Shown piece by piece: positions 18,754 through 28,609 of a stretch of 64,000 nucleotides of DNA. Both the position numbers and the translations under genes were made by a program. Below the pieces are notes generated by a model that did not search any database, had not been told where the DNA came from, and was given only the letters and a program-made list of their open reading frames with translations. This DNA comes from a virus, in the IMG/VR virus record IMGVR_UViG_3300047472_000449; one strand, given 5' to 3'. Every line of letters begins with the position of its first letter. Within the stretch, counting starts at the first letter, position 1.

Positions 18754-19338
18754 CTAAGGCAGAACCTCATAACCGCGAGCAATGGCTTGTCGCGTAGCTT
18801 CAGCCTTATTCAGCCACTCATGCTTGGAGCCAGTGAACGTCCACCGCTGGTAGTCGATCTTGATGATTTCAACCACCTGGACAGGTGGTTTCTCATCGCT
18901 CGACACATGTGTAAATTTGGCCACCAGCTTTCCATCGACGTTCACCACGTCGAAAAACTCAGGGATAGGCAGGGTGCGCACCTTCCCTTCTGCGTTGCGG
19001 AAAACCACTACGGCGCGCTTGGCAGACTCATCCCAGGCTTCGGTGATCATGGTGCAAAGACCGCCTTCATAATGGCGGTAGACGCCGCCATTGAAGTGAC
19101 GCTCACCCATGGAGTCGATGGCTTGCTGCCACTCGATGACCGTGGAAAACTTCACCGTCACCCCGTGAGAAGGATAGGTCTGTGTGCCAGCACGGAACAC
19201 TTCCGGGTTGTCCCAGTCGCCCGGCTCACCAACGGCATGGAAGCTAAAGTCCATGAAATTGCAAAAGCTGGCGAGGGTTTCGACACTCAGGCCTTCGCAC
19301 GGAATTTCGACCGGCTTATTGCGGTGGCAATCGTACAT
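18754..19338 (-). CDS. Protein containing a DUF1653-like domain
   Basis: YRHYEGG...VVVFRN...RTLPIPEFFDVV...KFTHV matches the YRHYKG...VVY...RP..F pattern. Confidence 0.6.
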   Translation of the reverse strand: MYDCHRNKPVEIPCEGLSVETLASFCNFMDFSFHAVGEPGDWDNPEVFRAGTQTYPSHGVTVKFSTVIEWQQAIDSMGERHFNGGVYRHYEGGLCTMITEAWDESAKRAVVVFRNAEGKVRTLPIPEFFDVVNVDGKLVAKFTHVSSDEKPPVQVVEIIKIDYQRWTFTGSKHEWLNKAEATRQAIARGYEVLP

Positions 19339-19622
19339 AGCTGGCTCCTTTAACGTGCTTTTGCGGCATTTCGGATATTGCGCTCAATGCGGCGAGCGCG
19401 TTTTTCTTGGGCCTGGGCATCGCGCAAATTATGGTGGCGCATGCTGTTGGGTGTTTCACCCACAGACTTCAGGAACTCTTGTCCCTTGGTCATCGGCTCC
19501 GGCCATTTATCCTGATGCAGCTTCATGTGCGCTCCTGAATGCCAAAGGCCTGCATTGAGCACTGCCTTGAATGTTTGATTATAATACCTGAATAATTACT
19601 CATTGTCAATGATGCAAACCAT

Positions 19623-20744
19623 TCAGTCGTTGTTGGCTGCCTCAAATTTGGCAATAAGGTCACTGTCTGATTTTTGCGTAAAATGGTCGGCTCTGGGGGT
19701 CGGCAACGTTGCTACAACCTTGTACTCGGCGTTCTGATTGAAATAATCATGAACTGCCTTGTAGAGCGGTAGCGGGCGGTTATCCAGATAGCGGCCTGAC
19801 CAGGAGAACTGGTTTAGCTCAATCACCTGATACCCGGCCTCAGTGTCCGCAACGTCCACCACGTAGGCGATGGGCAGGACATGCTGTTGGACCTGGGCAA
19901 ACGCTTGGGCAAACTCCCGCACGGCTTTGGGCACGGGTAGCGACACATAGTCGGTGTAGCGCGAGACGCTGTGAGCTTCACCGTTGAAGACAAAACAGCG
20001 AAACTCACGCGTTCCGCTGTCACTCAGTTCGTCGCGCTTAATACTCATGACTTCACTGGTGATGAAATCAGTAGTCAGTGGCACGTAGACAGGCGCCTCT
20101 TTGATCATCCCTTCGCGATACGGGCAGAACCAATCAGGTTTCTGGAAGCGCAGGGCATAGGCGTCGTCCGTCGCGACGGCTCCTGTAAAGCGATTAGGGA
20201 TCGATTCAATCGAAACGAACATATCGGCCAGCTCTGAGGGCTCCCGAAAGATGTGGCGCAGGCTGGTTTCGCTGGAGGGGCCTTTATCGGAGCCCTTGAT
20301 GAACAACGGGAGCGTCAGCGCGCCAGTTTGCAGGCGTTCAATAAAATCCGCTTTTTCGACGTAATCGACTTTGCGTGACAGAAAGGTCTCGGCTTGCTCG
20401 ATCACCAGTGGCCAGCGCGCAACGGTCGCGTTGTCCTCAATGCTCAGCAGCGACTCGAACCCGGCCACGGTGGTCACATGCCGGGTGTTGCAACGACGTA
20501 GCACTCGCCACTGGCTGCGATCCAGGGTGTCCAGATCCACGTTACTGTCCAGCACCGCGCCGCTAGGGTCGTAGGCTACGAACGGAATGCGTGTTGAGCG
20601 AAGGCTGTAAGCCTCAAGACCGCGTTCGCGCAGAATGCAGTAGCGCTGGCTTTCATCCACGTCATCGAAATGGTGCGCCGCAATGGCCAGGGCATCGCGG
20701 TATTGACTGAGGTTGGTAAACTCGATGGCAATGATAACGTTCAT
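19623..20744 (-). CDS. ATP-grasp protein, R2K/DUF4343-like
   Basis: PLFIK, EFRCFVFNG..SRY, YVVDVA...VIELN...SGRY motifs. Confidence 0.75.
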   Translation of the reverse strand: MNVIIAIEFTNLSQYRDALAIAAHHFDDVDESQRYCILRERGLEAYSLRSTRIPFVAYDPSGAVLDSNVDLDTLDRSQWRVLRRCNTRHVTTVAGFESLLSIEDNATVARWPLVIEQAETFLSRKVDYVEKADFIERLQTGALTLPLFIKGSDKGPSSETSLRHIFREPSELADMFVSIESIPNRFTGAVATDDAYALRFQKPDWFCPYREGMIKEAPVYVPLTTDFITSEVMSIKRDELSDSGTREFRCFVFNGEAHSVSRYTDYVSLPVPKAVREFAQAFAQVQQHVLPIAYVVDVADTEAGYQVIELNQFSWSGRYLDNRPLPLYKAVHDYFNQNAEYKVVATLPTPRADHFTQKSDSDLIAKFEAANND

Positions 20745-20764
20745 AGGGTTCCTGGCGATGCGAG

Positions 20765-20974
20765 TTAGGCGTAAGACAGCTTGGCTTTAATCCGGCCACG
20801 GGTGGCCTTCTTGAGCTTTGCAGCCCGCTTGCGCTGGCGGATCGTACTGGGGGTCGTCACGTTGTTCAGCCACTCGCGTGGAATTTCCACCCACACTCCC
20901 CGGCGCTTGCGGTAAAACTTCCCATCAATTTCCTTTCGCATTGACGCGTTTCCCGTTTTTAATTCTGGCTGCAA
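20765..20974 (-). CDS. Small basic hypothetical protein
   Basis: K/R-rich 69 aa ORF. Confidence 0.5.
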   Translation of the reverse strand: MQPELKTGNASMRKEIDGKFYRKRRGVWVEIPREWLNNVTTPSTIRQRKRAAKLKKATRGRIKAKLSYA

Positions 20975-21159
20975 GATTCAGCAATGATTTCGGCGCCGAC
21001 TTGACGCAGGGTGCGCTCTGCTTCGCTCAGCTGATTGTTGGCAAAATCGACGCTGTAAAGCATGCCGTCGATGCCCCAGAAGCAATGGGCGTAATTAAGG
21101 CCACTGTGAGCGTGCTGAATTCGCTGTTTTCCTGATAGCTGCATGTTGGCGCCCCTCAA
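20959..21159 (-). CDS. Small hypothetical protein
   Basis: 66 aa ORF overlapping the next start; GAGGGG RBS before internal ATG. Confidence 0.5.
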   Translation of the reverse strand: MRGANMQLSGKQRIQHAHSGLNYAHCFWGIDGMLYSVDFANNQLSEAERTLRQVGAEIIAESCSQN

Positions 21160-21223
21160 GTCTCTGCCCTGCCCCCATTGGCAAGGCTTTTAAAACCAAG
21201 CTGTTGATCTTTAGAACCCAGCT

Positions 21224-21625
21224 TTACCCCAAAAACCGCCAGCTTTTCATCTTGTCGGCTGCTTGCCAGAAGGCAAAGTCCATTTTCACATTGAAATCTT
21301 TGTGCATCACCTGGGCAAACGAACGTTGCGGTTCAAAACCATGCTTTTGCTGGTAATCATCAGCCAAGCTTTTCAGGTAATCCTGCACCGCTTCGATGCT
21401 GAAGCGCCCCTGCGCATTGTAGATCTTGCCTTCATAGGTCAGATCTTTGATGATTTTGCACAACCGGGCGGTGGCGTAGGCTTCCAGGGTGGCGGAGTCC
21501 TCACCGCGCATCTGTTCACAACTCCCAGTGGTGTCAAACAGGTAGCTGCGTTCCAGGCGCTCAACCATGTCAGTGCAGTAGGCAAATCCCATGGCCGCTT
21601 CAGGACGGGCGATGTTGTGCATCAT
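21224..21625 (-). CDS. Hypothetical protein
   Basis: 133 aa; AAGGA RBS. Confidence 0.65.
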   Translation of the reverse strand: MMHNIARPEAAMGFAYCTDMVERLERSYLFDTTGSCEQMRGEDSATLEAYATARLCKIIKDLTYEGKIYNAQGRFSIEAVQDYLKSLADDYQQKHGFEPQRSFAQVMHKDFNVKMDFAFWQAADKMKSWRFLG

Positions 21626-21638
21626 GGCGAGACGTTCC

Positions 21639-21887
21639 TTAAGCCGTTACGGCGTTTTGTTCTGCCAGCATCTTGTTGGCGATGGTCGCTGCCAGACGTT
21701 GGTAATGAGTATGGTCGGTGTCGCGAGGTACAGTGCCCCAGTGCAGGATGAATAGATCGCAGGCTTGGCGAATCGGCATATTCATCATCAGGTTATACTG
21801 AGTACGGGCCAAATCATAAAACTTGCGGCACAGTCGTGCTGGTTTTTGATGAGAAGGCATGCCTTTGATCGCGGGGGTGAGGTACAT
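21639..21887 (-). CDS. Hypothetical protein
   Basis: 82 aa; promoter TTGACA-17-TATACT at 21924-21952. Confidence 0.6.
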   Translation of the reverse strand: MYLTPAIKGMPSHQKPARLCRKFYDLARTQYNLMMNMPIRQACDLFILHWGTVPRDTDHTHYQRLAATIANKMLAEQNAVTA

Positions 21888-22028
21888 GGCGACATCCTGG
21901 GGTTTTGTTCAACTGATGAGCACAGTATATCGAGCAGTACATCATTTGTCAATGGCATTTACCACAAACAACATTGCCCCGCGTGATTAATTCAGGCGGG
22001 GTGTCGTTGATTGCGTCAGTGGCGTGGA

Positions 22029-22484
22029 TTAAAACCGAGGATCTACCACATTGGTTAGGAACAGTGCGTCTTGGATTTCGCCCTCATGCACAACAATCAA
22101 TTGCCATTGCGCCTGGGCATCCAGCTTTAGCGCTTCTTGCCAATACTCCATGGCCACTGTGAAGGCCAACACTTCGATACTGCAATGCTCCCAGTAATGG
22201 CCATTCTTGTCGCGCACCTGAAAGCCAACGATACCCGGCTGGGCCTCTTCGACCGGAGTTTCGAAGGTCGGTTCATCGAGGTCACCTTCGTGTACGGCGC
22301 ACAGGCGGTACTCATCAGAGCTTTGACTCGCTGCGCGAAAATGATCCAGCGCTGTGGTGTGCTCTAGCACCGCATTGTCTGCCCGATCCGCCCAGCACTC
22401 GCCGCTTTCCGGGCGTTGTACCTGAAAGCCGATGATCCTCGGATAATCGGCGCAGTCCTGAGCGTAGAGGTGGTATTTGTTCAT
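22029..22484 (-). CDS. Hypothetical protein with internal duplication
   Basis: Two copies of I[IV]GFQV...W...VHEG. Confidence 0.7.
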   Translation of the reverse strand: MNKYHLYAQDCADYPRIIGFQVQRPESGECWADRADNAVLEHTTALDHFRAASQSSDEYRLCAVHEGDLDEPTFETPVEEAQPGIVGFQVRDKNGHYWEHCSIEVLAFTVAMEYWQEALKLDAQAQWQLIVVHEGEIQDALFLTNVVDPRF

Positions 22485-22561
22485 GGCGAGAGGGTGTCCT
22501 TGAGTCGTTACAGGGCATCATACAGCCCTAAGGCGCCACGGTGGGCGCCTCGGGTGTTCGA

Positions 22562-23038
22562 TTACTTGGTAAAGGTCTTTTCGTCCATGGAGTACACCAC
22601 GAAGCGTTCATCAAGATCGGTGAGCGCCGGTTTGACATCAGACCATTTCAGCTTTCCGTTCTGACCACCAGGAACCGGCAGATAGATCTTGGTCAGGTTG
22701 AACTTGTCGCACAGTTGTACCAGCTCTCGAACCGACTTCTTGATCAAAGCCAGATCGCTGTTTTCACGCCATTTGTGCTTGGTTGGGAAGGCGACAACAC
22801 GGATCGGCTTCCCTTGGAAGATTTGGGTGCCGAGGTTGAAGACGCGATTGCCGTGTTCGACCAGGAGCTTGCCGAGCTTTACATCAATGTCCTGGAAGGT
22901 GTCACGAGCGAACTTCGCGGTGCCCTGCCCCATGACGGCGAGACCGTCTTTTTTGACTTCGCCATTGGTGGTCACGCAGATCACGTCACGCTCTTCACAG
23001 GTTTTGTACGGGTTACCAACCAGGGTCGAGAATGTCAT
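22562..23038 (-). CDS. Macrodomain protein (DarG/TARG1-like ADP-ribose hydrolase family)
   Basis: VTTN...MGQGTA; AFPTKHKWR..SDL..IKKS; YLPVPGGQNGKLKWSDV. Confidence 0.8.
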   Translation of the reverse strand: MTFSTLVGNPYKTCEERDVICVTTNGEVKKDGLAVMGQGTAKFARDTFQDIDVKLGKLLVEHGNRVFNLGTQIFQGKPIRVVAFPTKHKWRENSDLALIKKSVRELVQLCDKFNLTKIYLPVPGGQNGKLKWSDVKPALTDLDERFVVYSMDEKTFTK

Positions 23039-23141
23039 GGTATTGTCCTCAATGTGTCAACAGAAAGAGCGTGCCGAGGCTACCGCTCTGTTGCGACGTT
23101 CGCTGATTTCAGCAGAACGCCTTCCTTTGTTCGATGAGGTC

Positions 23142-23181
23142 ATTATACTCAAGCTGGCACCAATTGTCAATCACATTGACT
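23142..23181 (-). promoter_or_regulatory. Perfect promoter with operator, driving the macrodomain gene
   Basis: TTGACA-17-TATAAT; TGTCAAT-CAC-ATTGACT (23165-23181). Confidence 0.8.
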
Positions 23182-23899
23182 GCAAATTAGTGTCTTCTGC
23201 TGCTGGTATGACGGGCAGTACGTTCATGAAATTAAGCGTCTTGGTCTCGCCACGTCGCACCAGGGTAATGGTGGTGGCTTGATCGTTGGTAACCAGTGAT
23301 TCAACCATCCAATTGAAGTACAGGTGGGCACAGACGGCGTGTAGATCGTCTTTAAACAAGAGTGCCTGGGGGTAACGCGCTTTAATTTCCTTGGCTTCTT
23401 TTTCATAAGCGTACGGACGGTTGATGTATTTCCAGGGTTTAAACTTCGACACATAGATCGGGCTGGCGGGATGACCGTAGGCGACCATGCCCTCATCTGC
23501 CATGCGAAAATCCAGTACATTGAATTTCTTGAACATCATTAATTCAACCACGTTCTCAATGTCGCTTTGCTTGGCCAGAGGAAGTTGCTTGATGGCTTTG
23601 CGCCGACAAAAGCGGGTCTTTGCCTCCACATAAAGAGCCAGTAATGCCATTGCAACGAGCGCCAATACGAATAGCCCAACAATCGGAATAACAATCCAGA
23701 CTGGAAGGAAGAAAAACAATCCTAAAGTTGAGAAAAACAAGCCAAGCATACCCGCGCCTGCGGCCTCCAGTGTTCCCATGTTGTAGATCAACAGTGACAT
23801 TAGGAAAACCGTAATAAGAAATCCGCTGACATGCAGTGAATCTGCAATGCTAAGGCCAAATGTAAAGACAGCTAAGCTTTCGCCGAGAAGAATATCCAT
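23171..23899 (-). CDS. Membrane-anchored hypothetical protein (paralog of 23909)
   Basis: N-terminal TMs; DFRM...PY.YEKEA...YFNW...TL.RR. Confidence 0.75.
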   Translation of the reverse strand: MDILLGESLAVFTFGLSIADSLHVSGFLITVFLMSLLIYNMGTLEAAGAGMLGLFFSTLGLFFFLPVWIVIPIVGLFVLALVAMALLALYVEAKTRFCRRKAIKQLPLAKQSDIENVVELMMFKKFNVLDFRMADEGMVAYGHPASPIYVSKFKPWKYINRPYAYEKEAKEIKARYPQALLFKDDLHAVCAHLYFNWMVESLVTNDQATTITLVRRGETKTLNFMNVLPVIPAAEDTNLQSM

Positions 23900-23908
23900 G
23901 TAAATTCC

Positions 23909-24541
23909 TTAATGCCATTTAACATTGAATTGAAGTTTCTTTACTTCATTGCGTCTGGTTAAAGTTAGTGTATAGGTGTGTTCATTGGCCTCTAACCCTT
24001 CGATTACCCAATTGAAATACAAGTAACTACACAACATATGCAGTTCCTGGGAGGTAATCAACATCGGATAAGCCATAGCGATGTAGTCGGCCTCCTTTTC
24101 GTAAATATATGGGGTGTTGACCGGTCTCCAAGTTCCTATTGGCGAAAGCATCAGAGGATCTTCGACGGGGCCTTTTACAACGACTCCAGCTTGCATGCGA
24201 AAGTCGGTAAGTTTTTTGCCTTCCTGTATTTGTTTTACTACAGCCTCGATTTCCTCATTGTTGGCTTCTGGAAAATATTGGCTAACCTTGGCACGATCTC
24301 TTTTAGTAATTGCAGTCTCGTATTTTTCACCGATGATAATGGCTAATATCAACAGCCCGATTAGACCAACCAGCACGAGGAGTATCCAGGGTGAGAAGGA
24401 ATAGCAGACTGCCATAAACATGATAACGCTGGCGATCATGCTCCGGCCCTGAACTTCGTTGCTTGGGGATATCTGCGTTATCCACAGGCAGACGACAAAG
24501 ATAAAAATCAGTATTACAGTAAATAAGGTAGAGTCGCTCAA
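23909..24541 (-). CDS. Membrane-anchored hypothetical protein (paralog of 23171)
   Basis: Same C-terminal domain; TTG start with GAGGA RBS. Confidence 0.75.
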   Translation of the reverse strand: MSDSTLFTVILIFIFVVCLWITQISPSNEVQGRSMIASVIMFMAVCYSFSPWILLVLVGLIGLLILAIIIGEKYETAITKRDRAKVSQYFPEANNEEIEAVVKQIQEGKKLTDFRMQAGVVVKGPVEDPLMLSPIGTWRPVNTPYIYEKEADYIAMAYPMLITSQELHMLCSYLYFNWVIEGLEANEHTYTLTLTRRNEVKKLQFNVKWH

Positions 24542-24672
24542 GATACTTCCTCGTTGTGAATGGCTCGACGCTCATTTCAATCAGGAGGAAGTCGGCTTTA
24601 TTGCTTAGATATTCAACCATTAACTGATTATTAATGCAAGACTGCTGTTTTAATTGCAGCCATTGTGTTGCC

Positions 24673-25032
24673 TCAGAGATTTGATAGTGAGGTGGAGGTG
24701 GAGGCAGTTTCAGCTTTGGCTGCTTTTTCTGCTGCCTCTTTCTTGTCGTTATATATGGCAAAACAATATAGACCTATTGTCATGACACTGCCCATCGCCA
24801 GTTGTATCCATTCCGAAGGTAGTGAGGCGGCAATCGCTGCGACAGCTTCTGGTGATACTTTATTGCAAGCAGTAGGTTCGCTGCATTGGTTAACAATACT
24901 TTGCAGAGTGGTTGCTTTACCTATGAATGCTGAAATGATGATCGCCATTGCAAAGACGGGGACTTTGAGGCTTGCAAAATCCTCATTAAAGCCCGACCGG
25001 ATGGTGTTTAGAATAGTCTTGATGTTGCCCAT
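24673..25032 (-). CDS. Small membrane protein
   Basis: From MGNIKTIL; two hydrophobic segments. Confidence 0.55.
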   Translation of the reverse strand: MGNIKTILNTIRSGFNEDFASLKVPVFAMAIIISAFIGKATTLQSIVNQCSEPTACNKVSPEAVAAIAASLPSEWIQLAMGSVMTIGLYCFAIYNDKKEAAEKAAKAETASTSTSLSNL

Positions 25033-25160
25033 GAGCTGTCTCCAATGCGTATTATTTTTATAGTTATGGAGTTTACCTGAAGTATGCGTAGTTGACTTAA
25101 TATTTATAAACAAAAACACCGAATCTTTTTTGGATTCGGTGTTTTCTGTTGCTTTAAGTA

Positions 25161-25952
25161 TTAGAAGGGTATTTCGATTTTTTCGCCGTACAGTTCCACA
25201 TACTCTTCGTCAGTCAGTGGTTGACGGGCGTACCGTCGAGCAGCCAGAGCGACCCATTTCGCCTCACCAGCTTGTGCGGCCTCAGGCTGAAGGCTAAACG
25301 TCAGGCAATTATCGCTCAGATCTATGTCCGTGGCGCCAGTGTGATGATGCAGCCAAAAGAAAAAATTGTTGGACTCAGACAAGCTGTTGCGATCTCTGAT
25401 TCCCTTGCACTCCCAGTCCATCAGCTGGATGGAGAAATCTCGCTTCGTCTCTGTCACTTCGATTTTGGCAAAATCACTGCGCCGGTATTGCACGTCCACC
25501 TTGCTGTTGTTCGGCAACGGCGTGAGCTTCAGTCGATCTTTGGCCGTTGGATCTAGGCGATAGTCAGATCCCAGCAGTTCGTCGATTGCGGCCTCCAGAT
25601 TATGGTAGCCCTCAAACGAAAAGGTGTGCGTTTCCTCGGTGCGGCATTCCTCACCGTCAGAGGCCTCCAGCATCATTTGTACATAATCTTCGTCGTACAT
25701 GAAAACAACTTTGTAACAGTATTGCGTCTCTCCTGGCGCTTGTTTGCCCCGAAGCATGCCGTATTCGCCCAAGGATGGATCAAATTCAAGCAGATCCATA
25801 TCACACAGTCGTTGGGCCAATCGTATAACGTATTTCGGTGGCTTGATCCAGTCAGCTCCGCCGTACCGCTGAAATACGGTTTCTTCATTGTGATTCAGTG
25901 GGCGATGTGGAATCAGCTTCTGGGTCATGGGAGGGGTGCCGCTCTCAGCCAT
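25161..25952 (-). CDS. Hypothetical protein; N-terminal domain shared with 26847
   Basis: LCDMDLLEFDP..G..G..R.K.....YC. Confidence 0.7.
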   Translation of the reverse strand: MAESGTPPMTQKLIPHRPLNHNEETVFQRYGGADWIKPPKYVIRLAQRLCDMDLLEFDPSLGEYGMLRGKQAPGETQYCYKVVFMYDEDYVQMMLEASDGEECRTEETHTFSFEGYHNLEAAIDELLGSDYRLDPTAKDRLKLTPLPNNSKVDVQYRRSDFAKIEVTETKRDFSIQLMDWECKGIRDRNSLSESNNFFFWLHHHTGATDIDLSDNCLTFSLQPEAAQAGEAKWVALAARRYARQPLTDEEYVELYGEKIEIPF

Positions 25953-26053
25953 TTCATTTGTTGGTTATTTTATATAAGAACAGATTTAATGTCAATTAAA
26001 ATGACAAAACCCCGCTTTGAAAGGTGGGGTTTTGTTAATTTTACGGTGGGTCG

Positions 26054-26803
26054 CTAAATAGGGACGCGTAGTTTGATTTGCGCTGCATTCCAGGCCAATG
26101 CTGCCGGATTGGGCTCATCGCCTTCCCGCTGATCCTCTCCGTCATCGAAATCCATGATTTGAGCATTCATGGGAACGTTGGCGATGATTTCCTGCACGAT
26201 GCCGCCGCGCACGCAGACGGCTACTTCAAGAGAGTCCACTTCAGTCACCTGAACTTCGATGCCTGCTTGAACCAGCGCTGCCTGGGCGGCTTGAGACATC
26301 GACGCGGTGCCACCGACGATCAAAACTTTCATGCTCTGCTCCTTTGTTGGGGTTGTGCTGAAGGTGAACAAGTTCGCAACATCACAGATCGCAATCAGCT
26401 GACGCAGGGGGAACCGGAACTCATCAATACGGCTTTGACTGATGAGCCAGTCATTCGCGGAATTTTCGAAAAACCACACACTGTCCTTTTCTTTCATCCC
26501 CTTGCCGTACAGCAGCACGGTATCGGTAACGTTCCCATCGATGCGCTGGACAAACTTTACCTTGCTGGTGAACCGGTCACCGTCTTGGGTGATCTGGTTC
26601 ACCAACAGTCTGAGGAACTGGTGCCCTTGATGCATGTAGCATTCAACCACGAACGACAGTGTGAGGGTGTTCGTGGCCGGATCTGCGACAAGCTCCAGGT
26701 ATGGGCATTTTTCGTCCAATTTTAGCCCGTTAACAAAGGCGCTAAACACAGCTGACTTGGCCAGCAATTCCTTGAGCATCGCAGCATCACCGGTTATTGA
26801 CAT
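26054..26803 (-). CDS. Hypothetical protein
   Basis: 249 aa; promoter TTGACA-17-TATGAT at 26812-26840. Confidence 0.7.
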   Translation of the reverse strand: MSITGDAAMLKELLAKSAVFSAFVNGLKLDEKCPYLELVADPATNTLTLSFVVECYMHQGHQFLRLLVNQITQDGDRFTSKVKFVQRIDGNVTDTVLLYGKGMKEKDSVWFFENSANDWLISQSRIDEFRFPLRQLIAICDVANLFTFSTTPTKEQSMKVLIVGGTASMSQAAQAALVQAGIEVQVTEVDSLEVAVCVRGGIVQEIIANVPMNAQIMDFDDGEDQREGDEPNPAALAWNAAQIKLRVPI

Positions 26804-26846
26804 TGTGAGTTATCATACCTTTCCCAACATCAATTGTCAACTACAT

Positions 26847-27563
26847 TTACGCTGGTACTGGAAAATCCCTGATGCATTCGTTGAGGTATTGGTTAATCAA
26901 GAATACAACAGCTTTGAGCTGCTCAGGATCGTGTTTTCTTAATTTTATAATAATGACGTAATTATTATTACCATTGATATGTGCCGAACTGACACCCGTC
27001 CCTTCTTCAATCATTCGCTCAAGTTCACTCCAGTTTCCAGCCGATCTTCTCTCGTGGAGTGCCATTGCTTGGCGTTGCGTCATCTTAATTTCATATTGAT
27101 AGAGGGATAGCCGTGGTTTCAGATCTGTCCTGAAGTCTTCAAAACGGTAACTGTGTTCAGCGGGGCTATTATTTTCCATGTGCTGAGCTTCAATTTTCAC
27201 CGCTGATCGCTGACAACTATAGTCCGTGGCAAATTGCTGAATGAGCATTCCTTCCACCAGTTTTAGGTCATCGAAGCCTTGGTACGAAACAGTGGTGGTA
27301 AATTCAGCAATTTTGTCATTAGACGGTACAGACAACCTGAAGGCCGCGCAGTAGTTGTTTCTGCCTTCGATGGTTTTGCGCCTTACTTGCCCAGAATGGC
27401 CTGGAAGTGGCTGAAACTCCAATAGGTCTTTGTCGCAGAGAGCTGCAATGGCAGTTTTGTCTGCTGGTTCAAAATCAGTCCAGTCATCATGGCTGTATTT
27501 TTCAAGCGCTTGTTTTTGCTGTTGAGTCAGTCGTGGAGTTTTACTGGGCATCTTGTTTTCCAT
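26847..27563 (-). CDS. Hypothetical protein; N-terminal domain shared with 25161
   Basis: LCDKDLLEFQP..G..G..RRK.....YC. Confidence 0.7.
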   Translation of the reverse strand: MENKMPSKTPRLTQQQKQALEKYSHDDWTDFEPADKTAIAALCDKDLLEFQPLPGHSGQVRRKTIEGRNNYCAAFRLSVPSNDKIAEFTTTVSYQGFDDLKLVEGMLIQQFATDYSCQRSAVKIEAQHMENNSPAEHSYRFEDFRTDLKPRLSLYQYEIKMTQRQAMALHERRSAGNWSELERMIEEGTGVSSAHINGNNNYVIIIKLRKHDPEQLKAVVFLINQYLNECIRDFPVPA

Positions 27564-28479
27564 AATTGTCTGATCTAATTATCGTGAATAGTTTTTGGCG
27601 TTTGCGGTCAAAATAGAACTTTTTGAGAGATTCGCTCAAACTATCGAATGCGTGTCGGTTGTAATTGAATACCCTATCGAAATAGTCGTTGGCTGCATCG
27701 TATTTAAGGCATTTGTGGGCGACTGAGCCCAAACAAAGCTCGGCCATCGCCATGTTCTCAATGTCATCTGTATCCAGTGCGGCTGCCCACATTAGCGCGG
27801 TATCTTTGGCTGAGGCATACGAACCTGACTTATAGTGTGTCCGTGTTAACAGCCCTGACAAGACTGCAAATTGTTCCCAGCCTTCTACAGGCTGTGGTAA
27901 TAACTGTACGGCCTTCTCGGCAATAGTTCTGCTTTCAAAAAAGCGTCCTTGTGCAAAGCAATTCTCAGCTTCGGCAATTAGGCTATCAATCTTTTTATCA
28001 ATGAATGGATATTCTTTAGCTAATACTGATCGGCGAGGCAGCCTTGATTTTCTTTCTGTGTAATAGAAGCGCAGGTATTTGTCATCGCGATGATCGAAGG
28101 GCAGTGTGTGAGAATTAGCGTATACCTGATCAAAGATGGCAAAAGCTCTTTCAACCTCGCCTAGTTCAAAGTGAGTGACCCCTAGGTCAACCAGAATCTT
28201 CTGGCATCTTGCATTGATAGGTAGTTCACTGGCCCGCTGCACCCAGGGTCTGGCAGAAGCAAAATCGCCGAGCTGGAAGAAACTTTTATAAATCGAGCCC
28301 AGTGTGATCATTTCAAACAAGTCGGGATCATCAGAGTCGCCATTCATCGCGGTATTCCATGCATGAATAAAAAGATGAACAGCGTCTTCGTGCTTCCCTT
28401 CAAAGCTCATTTGTGTGGCGACATTGATGTGATTCCAGACATCATGTATCCATAATCGATCAAATTCGGACAAACTCAT
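27541..28479 (-). CDS. TPR-containing protein made of two duplicated halves
   Basis: Two G.[FY]ASA...LG..[HA]...A...FD.V...F....FY..RK repeats. Confidence 0.7.
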   Translation of the reverse strand: MSLSEFDRLWIHDVWNHINVATQMSFEGKHEDAVHLFIHAWNTAMNGDSDDPDLFEMITLGSIYKSFFQLGDFASARPWVQRASELPINARCQKILVDLGVTHFELGEVERAFAIFDQVYANSHTLPFDHRDDKYLRFYYTERKSRLPRRSVLAKEYPFIDKKIDSLIAEAENCFAQGRFFESRTIAEKAVQLLPQPVEGWEQFAVLSGLLTRTHYKSGSYASAKDTALMWAAALDTDDIENMAMAELCLGSVAHKCLKYDAANDYFDRVFNYNRHAFDSLSESLKKFYFDRKRQKLFTIIRSDNYGKQDAQ

Positions 28480-28609
28480 TTTTCGACCCTGTAGTTTGTT
28501 GATTATTATCTACAAATTTCCAGTGTTCGTCAAATCCTCACGAAACCACCTTGTCGGTGCGCATAAGCAAAAACGCGAGCACACAGCTCGCGTTTTGGTA
28601 ATCCGCAGT

